DNA from: an uncultured virus (IMG/VR IMGVR_UViG_3300050505_000328)
Lineage: Duplodnaviria > Heunggongvirae > Uroviricota > Caudoviricetes
Length of the DNA: 64,000 nt
IMG/VR virus record: IMGVR_UViG_3300050505_000328
Strand: one strand, 5' to 3'
Shown: positions 45,171 to 53,254 of the stretch, in pieces
Numbering within the stretch: position 1 is the first letter of the stretch
How the letters are laid out: every line of letters starts with the position of its first letter
Position numbers and translations under genes: made by a program
The notes under the pieces: generated by a model
The model's input: the letters and a program-made list of their open reading frames with translations, nothing else
The model's database searches: none
Told to the model about the DNA's origin: nothing

Positions 45171-45872
45171 ATGTCAGCAACACGTCGACTTCTAGGTTTG
45201 CTTTCAGCTTCCGGCGGCGAGAAGTCGCTTCACTCTGCGATGGGCAATTGGCGCAGGGGACTAAAAGAAACGGCGGCGACGACGCTCAGCCTCCTGAACG
45301 TGCTCGGCAACATCAACTTCTACACGTCGCAGAACGGCGGGTGGAGGGACATGGTCGGGCAGATCTACACGCCCGGCACGGACATCAGTGACCCGACGCG
45401 ACAGAGCATCGGCGGCAGCGCGTTTCGCGCGTACGCTTTCGCGCTCGGCCGGAGCGTCGACATCGTCTACCACTTCCAGCACGACTACGCGCTCAACTCG
45501 CCGGTCTTCCTGCACGCGCACTGGCTCACGGACGGCACGGAAACGAACGAGGTCACCTGGAGCTACACCTGGACGTACGCGAAGGGTTTCAACCAGCAGA
45601 ACTACGACCTCACGGGCACGACCGTCTTCACCACCGAGGCGCCGCCTGGCTCAGCTTTCCGGCACATGACGAGCGAGATCCCCGGCCCCCTCGACCCGAC
45701 GAACTTCGAGCCCGACGGCATCCTGCTCCTCTCGCTGCAGCGCACCAACAACCCCGTCAATCCGGACAACGGGGACACGGTCTACCTGCTCACGGCCGAC
45801 TGTCACTACCAGGCGAACACGATCGCGACGCTCCATCGACAGCCAAACTTTTACTCTGGACCCGGACCATGA
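45171..45872 (+). CDS. Putative virion beta-sandwich protein with SLH leader
   Basis: LLGLLSASGGEKSLHSAMGNW; aromatic beta-rich body. Confidence 0.62.
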   Translation: MSATRRLLGLLSASGGEKSLHSAMGNWRRGLKETAATTLSLLNVLGNINFYTSQNGGWRDMVGQIYTPGTDISDPTRQSIGGSAFRAYAFALGRSVDIVYHFQHDYALNSPVFLHAHWLTDGTETNEVTWSYTWTYAKGFNQQNYDLTGTTVFTTEAPPGSAFRHMTSEIPGPLDPTNFEPDGILLLSLQRTNNPVNPDNGDTVYLLTADCHYQANTIATLHRQPNFYSGPGP

Positions 45873-46495
45873 AGATGCAAACCAACCCGCGAAGACCGCC
45901 GAAGAAGTGGATGCGCGACTGCGTGCGCGGCGCGTCACAGTCGGCGCAGAACCCGGGCGCGGTCTGCGGCGCGCTCTGGTACCACAAGATGTCGCCCTCC
46001 GCGAAGCGAGCCGCGCTCGCGCGTGAGGGCAAGCTCCAGGCGAACCCGAGCGCCGCGCCTTGGGTGCTCGGAGCGCTCGCTCTCGGCGCAGCCGCGATCT
46101 GGTACCTGAACAAGGACAAGACCGCGTCCACGACGACGACCGCCACGCCCCCGCCTCTCCCACCTGCCGCCGTGTGCACCGTGGACCAGGTCAAGCTCAC
46201 GCAGTGGGGCTTCACCGCGGGTGTGGTCGCTGTCCAGGTCCCGACCGCGTTTCCGGGCGGCACCCCACCCATGCCGAACCAGCTGAAGGCGATGCTCCCG
46301 CCCGCGATGCAAGCGCAGCTCGACGCGCTGTCGTCGGGCCAGGCCGTCGTCGTCGTGCTGCAGGACGGCAGCTTCTGGTACTACGCGAACGACGCGAGCG
46401 CGCCCGTCCGGCGCGACGACCTGCACGCCGACTATTGCCAGAAGTACGGCTCGGCGACGCTGCAGGGGCACCCGATCAACCTGTTCATGATCTGA
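45869..46495 (+). CDS. MQTNP-domain-LQANP + TM + domain ending HPINLFMI
   Basis: GSFWYY...YC matches 44152..44577. Confidence 0.72.
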   Translation: MKMQTNPRRPPKKWMRDCVRGASQSAQNPGAVCGALWYHKMSPSAKRAALAREGKLQANPSAAPWVLGALALGAAAIWYLNKDKTASTTTTATPPPLPPAAVCTVDQVKLTQWGFTAGVVAVQVPTAFPGGTPPMPNQLKAMLPPAMQAQLDALSSGQAVVVVLQDGSFWYYANDASAPVRRDDLHADYCQKYGSATLQGHPINLFMI

Positions 46496-46505
46496 GGAGA
46501 TGACG

Positions 46506-47063
46506 ATGGCCAGCAAACTTCACAGCCGAGCGATGGCGGTCGCCTCGCAGTTCGGCCTCAGCAGCCCGATCGGGCAGTTCGTGCTCAACCTCGCCGCCGT
46601 GATCGACGGACTCACGTCGAGCGGCGCTGACTCTCCGCAATATTACGAGGCGAAGAACACCGTCCCTCAAAACATCGGCGGTGTGACTAACTTCCACTTC
46701 GACACGGCAACCGCCGCGCGCGGGATCACTCAGCCCGACAACGAGTCGTTCCAGTTGACGGTCGGCAAGACCTACCACCTGATCTTCCACGGCCACGCGG
46801 ACGGGTTCGGTGGTGTCGGCGACTCGATCGACTTCAGGTGGGTGGACAACAACCTCACCCCGATCCCCCAGGCCGACTCCATCAAGGGTGTGATGCGTCC
46901 CGCTACGAGCACAGACGCTTCGAGCAACGACGGCTTCGTGGACTGCATCTACACGGTCCCGCCAGGCGGGGATGTCGTCCACGTTCGCGTCACCGACGTC
47001 ACGGGCTCGTGCGTGATCTCGTCCGGCAGCGTGCAAGTGTCTATCATCGAGATCCCGGGCTAA
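46506..47063 (+). CDS. Paralogue of 42245..42793
   Basis: SKLHSRAMAVASQFGLSSPIGQF; FQLTVGKTYHL; FRWVD; ATG 46500 is an alternative start. Confidence 0.62.
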   Translation: MASKLHSRAMAVASQFGLSSPIGQFVLNLAAVIDGLTSSGADSPQYYEAKNTVPQNIGGVTNFHFDTATAARGITQPDNESFQLTVGKTYHLIFHGHADGFGGVGDSIDFRWVDNNLTPIPQADSIKGVMRPATSTDASSNDGFVDCIYTVPPGGDVVHVRVTDVTGSCVISSGSVQVSIIEIPG

Positions 47064-47416
47064 TTGCACGCCTGCCAGATGAAGCGATCGAGCCCGCGGT
47101 GGTGCGGCCGCGGCACGTCGCAGAGTCTGGTCCAGGCGTACGCCTCGTGCTCGTCGCTGAGCTCGGGCTTGAACTCCTTCTCGACCTCGCCGACGTAGAG
47201 GCGGTACGCGCCGATATGCGAGGCGGCGCGGCTCATCCGGAGCGTGCCGTAGAACCCGGTCTCCTCCACGAGCTCGCGCAGCGCCGCGTCCTCGGCGTCC
47301 TCCCCGGGCTCGATCCCGCCCCCGGGCACGTTCCAGGTGCCGTCCGCCTCGCGCAGGAACAGGTAGCGGCCCGTCGAGCGGGCCCGGAGCAGTACGCCGG
47401 CGGCGCGGGCCGTCAT
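47060..47416 (-). CDS. NUDIX hydrolase
   Basis: GGGIEPGEDAEDAALRELVEETG; LSDEHEAYAW. Confidence 0.9.
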   Translation of the reverse strand: MTARAAGVLLRARSTGRYLFLREADGTWNVPGGGIEPGEDAEDAALRELVEETGFYGTLRMSRAASHIGAYRLYVGEVEKEFKPELSDEHEAYAWTRLCDVPRPHHRGLDRFIWQACN

Positions 47417-47418
47417 GG

Positions 47419-48330
47419 CTAACCCAGCGCCGCGAAGTGCTGCCACTCCTCGACCGGGAGCTCGCGCTTCTCGGTCGGCGTGTGGCCTGGATCGAATATC
47501 ACGAGCGAGTCAGGCGCCTCGTCGCCGTCGACCTCCTCGAACACGCGCCAGCCCACGTTCCCGAGGTGCGTATCGCGCAGCACGAGGTCGTTGTCGAGCA
47601 GCATGCCCAGCGACTCACCGAGCGGCCCGCCGATGGGGCCGCCGAACTTTCGATTCAGGACGTTCTGCAGACGATCGCGTATCTCGTCGCGACGACTCAT
47701 GTGCAGCCGCTCGTACCACTGCCTGCCGATGCCCTTGTACTCGACGAGGCCCTCCATCGCGTTCGCGAACTCGTCGATGTTCGACTTCACCCAGAGCGGT
47801 TTAGCCGCCGAAGAGGTGTCTAGCTGCTTCAGCTCCTTGTAGTTGAAGTTCGCGACATAGTTGTCGGGCACCTCGATGCCGAGTCTGCGCAGCGTGTGCA
47901 CGGTCGGCGCCGCGCTCTGGCGCCGGTCCCACCTCAGCGCCGGCGCGATCTTCTCGCGCACGATGCCGTAGACGCGCTTCATGCGCCCGCCGTAGCGGAT
48001 GCCGGGCTTCAACTCGAAGATGCGCTTGAGTCGCGTGAAGCCGTCCTGCCCGTAGACCTCGTCGGCCTGGAGCTCCGTGATCCTCGCCCAGATGTGCGCC
48101 TCGGTCGGGTCGATCGTGAGCTTCAGCACCCACGGGTCGGCCATGTCCACGACGCAGCCCCAGTGCCCGCAGCCGAGCACGGCGCCGAGCTTCCCGCCGG
48201 CGGCGTTCTCCAGGTTCTCGCGGTGGTCGAGCAGGACCTGCACCCACTTCTTCACGCGCGGGTTGTCGCGGAGCTCGATGCGCGGCTTGCCCTCGAACCG
48301 GGGCACGAACTGGTCCCAGAACGAGGTCAA
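47419..48330 (-). CDS. Protein-kinase-like fold enzyme
   Basis: LGCGHWGCV Gly loop, VLKLT, RDTHLGNVG, IFDPG; TTG start after GGAGGG. Confidence 0.75.
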   Translation of the reverse strand: MTSFWDQFVPRFEGKPRIELRDNPRVKKWVQVLLDHRENLENAAGGKLGAVLGCGHWGCVVDMADPWVLKLTIDPTEAHIWARITELQADEVYGQDGFTRLKRIFELKPGIRYGGRMKRVYGIVREKIAPALRWDRRQSAAPTVHTLRRLGIEVPDNYVANFNYKELKQLDTSSAAKPLWVKSNIDEFANAMEGLVEYKGIGRQWYERLHMSRRDEIRDRLQNVLNRKFGGPIGGPLGESLGMLLDNDLVLRDTHLGNVGWRVFEEVDGDEAPDSLVIFDPGHTPTEKRELPVEEWQHFAALG

Positions 48331-48650
48331 GAGTCCCTCCGTCGCTCGCGAGCCCAGAAGACGTTCTCTCCCGCGGCGAAGCGCGTCGCGCACTCGCACG
48401 GCGAGTGCCCGGTCTCGCGCTCGCACAGCGCTCGGACTGCGGGCCACCTCAGTGCTCGAACCTCGGCGTGCGTGGCTCTGCGACGTTTCTGCTGGGCTTG
48501 CATCCACTCGACCGTCTCGTCCATCTGCACGCGCTGCTGAACGCGCCACTGGTCCTCTCGCCGAGCTTCTCGTCGGTCGAACAGCACGAGCGACCCGATG
48601 ACAGAGCTGACGAAGCCTAGGCCGAGTATCAAGAAGACGTACTCGGTCAC
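48327..48650 (-). CDS. N-anchored membrane protein
   Basis: N-terminal TM; coupled. Confidence 0.55.
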   Translation of the reverse strand: MTEYVFLILGLGFVSSVIGSLVLFDRREARREDQWRVQQRVQMDETVEWMQAQQKRRRATHAEVRALRWPAVRALCERETGHSPCECATRFAAGENVFWARERRRDS

Positions 48651-48880
48651 CGCCGCACCCACCACACGCGCCCCGCGCGCCGCTCCTTGCGTCGCAGCGG
48701 CAGCTGGACACCCTGCAGGTCAGGTTTTCGGCGCTTTCGGAGGTCGAGCTCGGCGGCGCGCGCCGCGAGGTGCCCGAGCGCGTAGTCGCCGGCCTTGAGC
48801 CCGAGCGAGTGCGCGACGTGCTCGAGTCGCTCGCCGTAGAACAGGCGCTCGCGCGCGAGCTTGATGAGCTGCTCGATCAC
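48647..48880 (-). CDS. Hypothetical protein
   Basis: GTGA coupling on both sides. Confidence 0.5.
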   Translation of the reverse strand: MIEQLIKLARERLFYGERLEHVAHSLGLKAGDYALGHLAARAAELDLRKRRKPDLQGVQLPLRRKERRAGRVWWVRR

Positions 48881-49140
48881 GGTTCTACCCGCTTGAACCT
48901 GAAGTCGAGCAGGCCGTGCGTCTCCCACTTGACCTTCTCTATCCACGACGAGAGCTCGCGCACGCGCACGCCACTCTCCGGGTGCCCGTAAGGCACGTAC
49001 GCGACGAAGGGCTCGTTCGTCTCGTGGTGCGTCGTCACGAACAGCGCCATGTAGTACCCGCCCTTGTGGTGCTGGTAGAGGCCCTGGCCCGGGAACTCGG
49101 ACAGCGCCGGGAACGCGGACTTCTGCGCGCCCTCGTCCAT
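48877..49140 (-). CDS. DUF1653-family protein
   Basis: GLYQHHKGGYY...HHETNEPFVAY...VRELSSW...RFKRV. Confidence 0.75.
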   Translation of the reverse strand: MDEGAQKSAFPALSEFPGQGLYQHHKGGYYMALFVTTHHETNEPFVAYVPYGHPESGVRVRELSSWIEKVKWETHGLLDFRFKRVEP

Positions 49141-49580
49141 CACCGGCAGTAGCTCCGGTCGCCGACGCCCGGCACTGGCGAACCGACGCCGTGCTTTCGC
49201 GCGAACGCGGGCGTGAGCGTGCGCCCGAACACCTCGCGGTAGACCTGCGGGAGCTCGCGGCAGTTCAACTCCTCTTCCGTCGCATCGGGGAAGGCGTGGT
49301 GCAGGTTCTCGTGCACGTACACGAGCCAGTAGCCCATCGCGGTCATGTGCGCGTTCATCCAGATCGTGTTGCCGCGGATGAACGTGAAGCCGTGGCCGGC
49401 GCCGCGCCGCCGTCCCTCGATGATCTGCGTGTGCGTCATGCACTTCACGCGCGTCGGCCACCGCCCCTTGCGCCAGGGCGCCATCCGGTTCAGCGCCTCG
49501 AACGTCGCCGGCAGGTGCACCGAGAGCTGGCGCACCTTGGCGTCGTCGAAGCACCGGTCGAAGTGGACGTGGCGCGCCAT
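49140..49580 (-). CDS. HExxH zinc-metallopeptidase-like protein
   Basis: IWMN...YVHENLHHAFPD..EE. Confidence 0.6.
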   Translation of the reverse strand: MARHVHFDRCFDDAKVRQLSVHLPATFEALNRMAPWRKGRWPTRVKCMTHTQIIEGRRRGAGHGFTFIRGNTIWMNAHMTAMGYWLVYVHENLHHAFPDATEEELNCRELPQVYREVFGRTLTPAFARKHGVGSPVPGVGDRSYCR

Positions 49581-49777
49581 CAGAGCTCCGAGAAGCGCGG
49601 GTCCTCGGCCCGGCCCTCCGCGCGGTAGATGACCCCGTCGCGCAGCGCGCGCACGAGCACCGACTCACCCTTGAAGCCCACGACCTCGTACCGGTCGGCG
49701 AAGAACAGTCGGAACTTCCGGACCCAGTCCCCCCTGCCGGGGAGGTCGGTCACGGTCGGCTTCTCGTACCGTCGCAT
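49580..49777 (-). CDS. Hypothetical protein
   Basis: Coupled ORF. Confidence 0.45.
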   Translation of the reverse strand: MRRYEKPTVTDLPGRGDWVRKFRLFFADRYEVVGFKGESVLVRALRDGVIYRAEGRAEDPRFSEL

Positions 49778-49793
49778 CGAGCAATTCTAGTCG

Positions 49794-49976
49794 CTAGTTC
49801 GGCCCGCCGGCAAGCAGGCGCCGACTCTGCTCGAGGAGCTTGTCGAATTCGGTCTTCGTGCGGTGTCGCCCGCACTGCGCGGCCGAGATCTGGCATTGCT
49901 CGCACTTCTGCTGGCGCTCGTACAGCTTGATCCACTGGGCGAGCGCCGCGCGCGCCATCTTCTCGCCGTGGGTCAC
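49794..49976 (-). CDS. Hypothetical protein (CxxC...CxxH)
   Basis: Coupled ORF. Confidence 0.5.
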   Translation of the reverse strand: MTHGEKMARAALAQWIKLYERQQKCEQCQISAAQCGRHRTKTEFDKLLEQSRRLLAGGPN

Positions 49977-50371
49977 GGCTTGTCCCGGTACTGGCTCTCG
50001 CGCTGCTCGTTCAAGCGGGCGCGCTCGAGTTCGACTCGCCGCGCTCTCTCAGCCTCTTCTCGAGCCTCGTACTCCAACCAGTCGTCGTGCGCGGTGCTGG
50101 CTTTCTTCAGAGCCTTCTCCGCCTTCTCGAGCGCGAGCCTCGCTTCCTCGACGTTGAGCTGTTTCTCGGCCACGAGTTTATCGAACGCTCGCTTCGGCGT
50201 GTCCGCGAGCGTCGCCTCGAGCACGACCTCTTCGCGTTCACCGTACTTGCTGATCCTCACGACGCCTTCCGCCACGACCGTCCCGTGCATCTCTTCGCAC
50301 TTGTAGCGCGTCGGTCCCGAAAACCCGTTCTTGTAGTACTCGCCGAGCTTGTAGAACGTCTTCGTTGTCAT
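49973..50371 (-). CDS. Coiled-coil hypothetical protein
   Basis: GAGGA RBS; E/K/A-rich C-terminus. Confidence 0.55.
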   Translation of the reverse strand: MTTKTFYKLGEYYKNGFSGPTRYKCEEMHGTVVAEGVVRISKYGEREEVVLEATLADTPKRAFDKLVAEKQLNVEEARLALEKAEKALKKASTAHDDWLEYEAREEAERARRVELERARLNEQRESQYRDKP

Positions 50372-50634
50372 CGCTTCCTCTTCTTGAACTCGGCCTCGGT
50401 CTGCGTCGGGACGTCTCGGAAGTGCCCCTTGACGATGATGAACGACTTCAGTCGGTAGCTCTCGCGCGCCGCGAGCGCGCCGCCCGTGTCGCGGTAGAAC
50501 GAGTCGGTGCGCTCGTGCGAGTCCGAGTAGTGGAGCGCGTCCTCGCGCGTGGTCCCGTAGAAAGCGTGGTCGAGAACGAGCACCCACTTGCCGTCCTGCA
50601 TCTCGTGCGTTCGGACTTCGAGTTTCCAACTCAC
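50368..50634 (-). CDS. Hypothetical protein
   Basis: Coupled ORF. Confidence 0.5.
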   Translation of the reverse strand: MSWKLEVRTHEMQDGKWVLVLDHAFYGTTREDALHYSDSHERTDSFYRDTGGALAARESYRLKSFIIVKGHFRDVPTQTEAEFKKRKR

Positions 50635-50933
50635 GACTCACCTCGCGGTCGGAGTCTCTGGTCGAACGGCACGGCACTCGTCGGGTACCCGCAGATCTGA
50701 ATGAAGTCCTCGGTGTGCTCGTACGAGTAGAAGATGTTCATGCGCCGGTGCGTGACGAGCTCCCCGCAGTCGGCGCAGAACACGAGCATGACCTCGGCGA
50801 TGCCGGGCTCGCGGAAGTCGAAGGCGTTGAAGTCGGCGACCGGGTTGCCGTGGTTGAAGTTGCACGGCCGCCGCGACGTGAGCTCGTGCCCGCGCGAGTC
50901 GGCGAGCGCCGCGATGAAGGCTTCGGCGTGCAT
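50631..50933 (-). CDS. Hypothetical protein (CxxC)
   Basis: Coupled ORF. Confidence 0.5.
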   Translation of the reverse strand: MHAEAFIAALADSRGHELTSRRPCNFNHGNPVADFNAFDFREPGIAEVMLVFCADCGELVTHRRMNIFYSYEHTEDFIQICGYPTSAVPFDQRLRPRGES

Positions 50934-51361
50934 TAATCCTCGCCCTTGTAGGTCGGGTGCTTCGTCTGCATGTGCCTCATGAGATTAGTGAAGGACCGAT
51001 TGCAGCACGGGCAGACGCCGTTGCCCACCCGGGTCTTCACGTGGTTCAGCTTGCCCTTGTACGAGGCTGCGCTGCGCTGCGCGCGCTTCGTGTTCTCGCG
51101 TTCGTGGGCTGCGCGCTTCTCGGCCCACTCCACGCGCTTCTTCCCGTTCTCGATGAAGCGGTCCTTCTCGGCGAGCTGTTCCTTCAGCGCCTCGATGTCG
51201 CTCTTTCCTGCGAAGTATCGGCAGTGCCCGTTCGGGCAGTACCACTCTTCGTGGGTCTTTCGCCAACGCTCGACGACTTGTCTCGGAACGGCAAACACGA
51301 TGTCGCACTGACCGCACGCGACGGTCTCGTACGCGACGCTCGCGAACGCTAGCTCACCCAT
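50933..51361 (-). CDS. Zn-finger / coiled-coil / C2H2-like protein
   Basis: CGQC...YCPNGH; CPCCNRSF.NL.RHMQTKH. Confidence 0.7.
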   Translation of the reverse strand: MGELAFASVAYETVACGQCDIVFAVPRQVVERWRKTHEEWYCPNGHCRYFAGKSDIEALKEQLAEKDRFIENGKKRVEWAEKRAAHERENTKRAQRSAASYKGKLNHVKTRVGNGVCPCCNRSFTNLMRHMQTKHPTYKGED

Positions 51362-52931
51362 GCCCGTCTCCCTTCTTCGGCATCAGCTTCCCGGCGACGA
51401 GCCGCGCGGCTCGGCCACCCATGTCCGTGCGGTTGTCGTCGTAGACCATCGTCGTCTTCGGGTCGCCGTGGCGCGCGAACTGCTGGGCCATCCGCACGTC
51501 GCCGTCGCTCGCGTCGAGCGACGCGGTGATCCCCGCGTGGCGCAAAGCGTGCGGCCAGACTCGCACGCCGGCGCGCTCGCCGATCTTCGTCACGATGTTG
51601 TAGACGCCCTTGCGCGTGAGCGCCTCGCCGAACGTCCGCGGCGAGAGCGACAGGAAGACCGAGTCGTTGTCCTCGCCGACGATCGTCTTGGGCGCGTTGA
51701 GCCACGCGACCAGCGCGTCGTACACTTCTTCAGGCGCGCCGACCCACGAGTTCTTCCCGCCCTTGCCGCGCACGAACACGCGGCGCCGGTCGCGGTCGAA
51801 GTCCTGGAGACGGAACGCGGCGAGCTCGCGCCGGCGGAACGCCATGAGCACGGCGAGCAGGACGAGCGCGCGATTGCGCAGGCCCTCGAGCCCGTCGCCG
51901 CACGCGAGCAGGAGCTTGTGGAACTCGTGCTCCGTCGGGCCGGCCGTGTCGCGGTACGCCTCCGCCTTCGGCGAGTCGACGTCGAGCGACCACTCGACGG
52001 CGCCCAGGCGACGCGCCATGCGCACGACCGAGCGGAGCGCGGAGAGCCGGCGCTTGCGCGTCGCCGGCGCGAGCTCGCGCATGCTGTCGAGCCACTCGAT
52101 GACGAGAGCGTTCGCGGGGCCGAGGCCGTGGCCGAGCAGGCGCCCGACTGCGTCGTCGGAGCTCACGCCGAGCCACGCCGCGAAGGCGTCGACGTCGGCC
52201 TTGTACGCCTTCAGCGTGTCGTCCGAGCGGTTCATGAGGAAGCGCTTGAACACCTCCTCGGGCCCGTAGCTCTGCTTCGGCGCGTCGGCGTCGAGCGCGC
52301 CCCCCGTCACGCGGACGAGGGGCGCTGGTTCATGAAGTCCGTTTCGGGGGTCCCGATCTTTGGCATCGACATCACCTCCTCTCGAGATCTCGCCCGGCGG
52401 GGCGGACGTTGGGCTGCTCTGCAGAGCTGGCCGAAGCCACGCAACGTCCGTCGCTCCCCCGCCGGCCGGTGTTGGCGCAACCCCGAAGAGCCGCGTTGCT
52501 CCGTGACCTTGCGAATCAGTCGCGAGTTCTAGTTCTGGCTCGTCGAGCCAGTCGAGCAATGCCTGGTCCTTCGCGAACGCCAGAGCCCGAGCACGCGCGA
52601 CGTCGATGCGCGCGAGGTCGGCTTCAGTCAGCTCGATCGAGTCATCGTCCCACGCCGCCCTGCAGGCCGCGTCGAACTCGTTCGCCCGCAGCCGCTCCAG
52701 GTCCGCCGGGCTGCGCAGGTTCAGGGGAGAGGGGACGCTCGGCTTGGTCGGCGCCTCCTGAGCCGCGAACGCTGCCGGCGGCTCGGACGACCCGTTCTTC
52801 GTCGGTGCCGGCTCGGGCGCGGCAGAATCGATCCTCGCGGCAGCGTCGGGCGTTTTCGCGCCGTTGGCCTCCTTGGCCTGGTGACGCCTTTCCAATAGGC
52901 GCGTAATCGACGGCCGGCGCGACTTCTTCAC
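51354..52931 (-). CDS. Tyrosine recombinase (XerC-like) with long N-terminal extension
   Basis: RNRALV...FRRREL, RGKGGK, HALRH, RHGD, TTMVY; SAM-like TLKAYKADV, RRLSALRS. Confidence 0.9.
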   Translation of the reverse strand: MKKSRRPSITRLLERRHQAKEANGAKTPDAAARIDSAAPEPAPTKNGSSEPPAAFAAQEAPTKPSVPSPLNLRSPADLERLRANEFDAACRAAWDDDSIELTEADLARIDVARARALAFAKDQALLDWLDEPELELATDSQGHGATRLFGVAPTPAGGGATDVAWLRPALQSSPTSAPPGEISRGGDVDAKDRDPRNGLHEPAPLVRVTGGALDADAPKQSYGPEEVFKRFLMNRSDDTLKAYKADVDAFAAWLGVSSDDAVGRLLGHGLGPANALVIEWLDSMRELAPATRKRRLSALRSVVRMARRLGAVEWSLDVDSPKAEAYRDTAGPTEHEFHKLLLACGDGLEGLRNRALVLLAVLMAFRRRELAAFRLQDFDRDRRRVFVRGKGGKNSWVGAPEEVYDALVAWLNAPKTIVGEDNDSVFLSLSPRTFGEALTRKGVYNIVTKIGERAGVRVWPHALRHAGITASLDASDGDVRMAQQFARHGDPKTTMVYDDNRTDMGGRAARLVAGKLMPKKGDGHG

Positions 52932-52938
52932 ATGGGCA

Positions 52939-52967
52939 ATAATGCTAGTTTCCGTCTATAAGGTCAA
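52939..52967 (-). promoter_or_regulatory. Putative leaderless promoter of the recombinase
   Basis: On the - strand TTGACC-17-CATTAT-7-GTG(52931). Confidence 0.55.
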
Positions 52968-53254
52968 CCCGGAATGAGCTCGCAGACCAGCCCGAGGTCC
53001 CCGAGGCTCACGAAAACGTCAAACGCGCGCTCCCTGAGCAGCCTGCGGCGCGCGATCGGCGCTGCCTCGACCACGCGACCCGCCTGGACTGCGAACGCGA
53101 ACACGGGCCGGCTGCGGTGGAAGCGCCCCTGGGCGTCGTCCACGCGGTACCAGCGCAGCGGCTGCGGACCGCAGCCTCGGGGACCTCAGGCGCTCTTTCG
53201 CTGCACGGGTTTTAGGCTCCTATGTGCCGAACGCGACGAATTCTGTCGCTCTCG

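Noticed and set aside
52965..53206. Minus-strand ORF (GTG CAG CGA AAG AGC GCC TGA GGT...WYRVDDAQGRF...) as a readthrough or recoded gene
   Set aside because: TGA is a normal stop throughout the window; a later GTG start or a decayed gene is simpler
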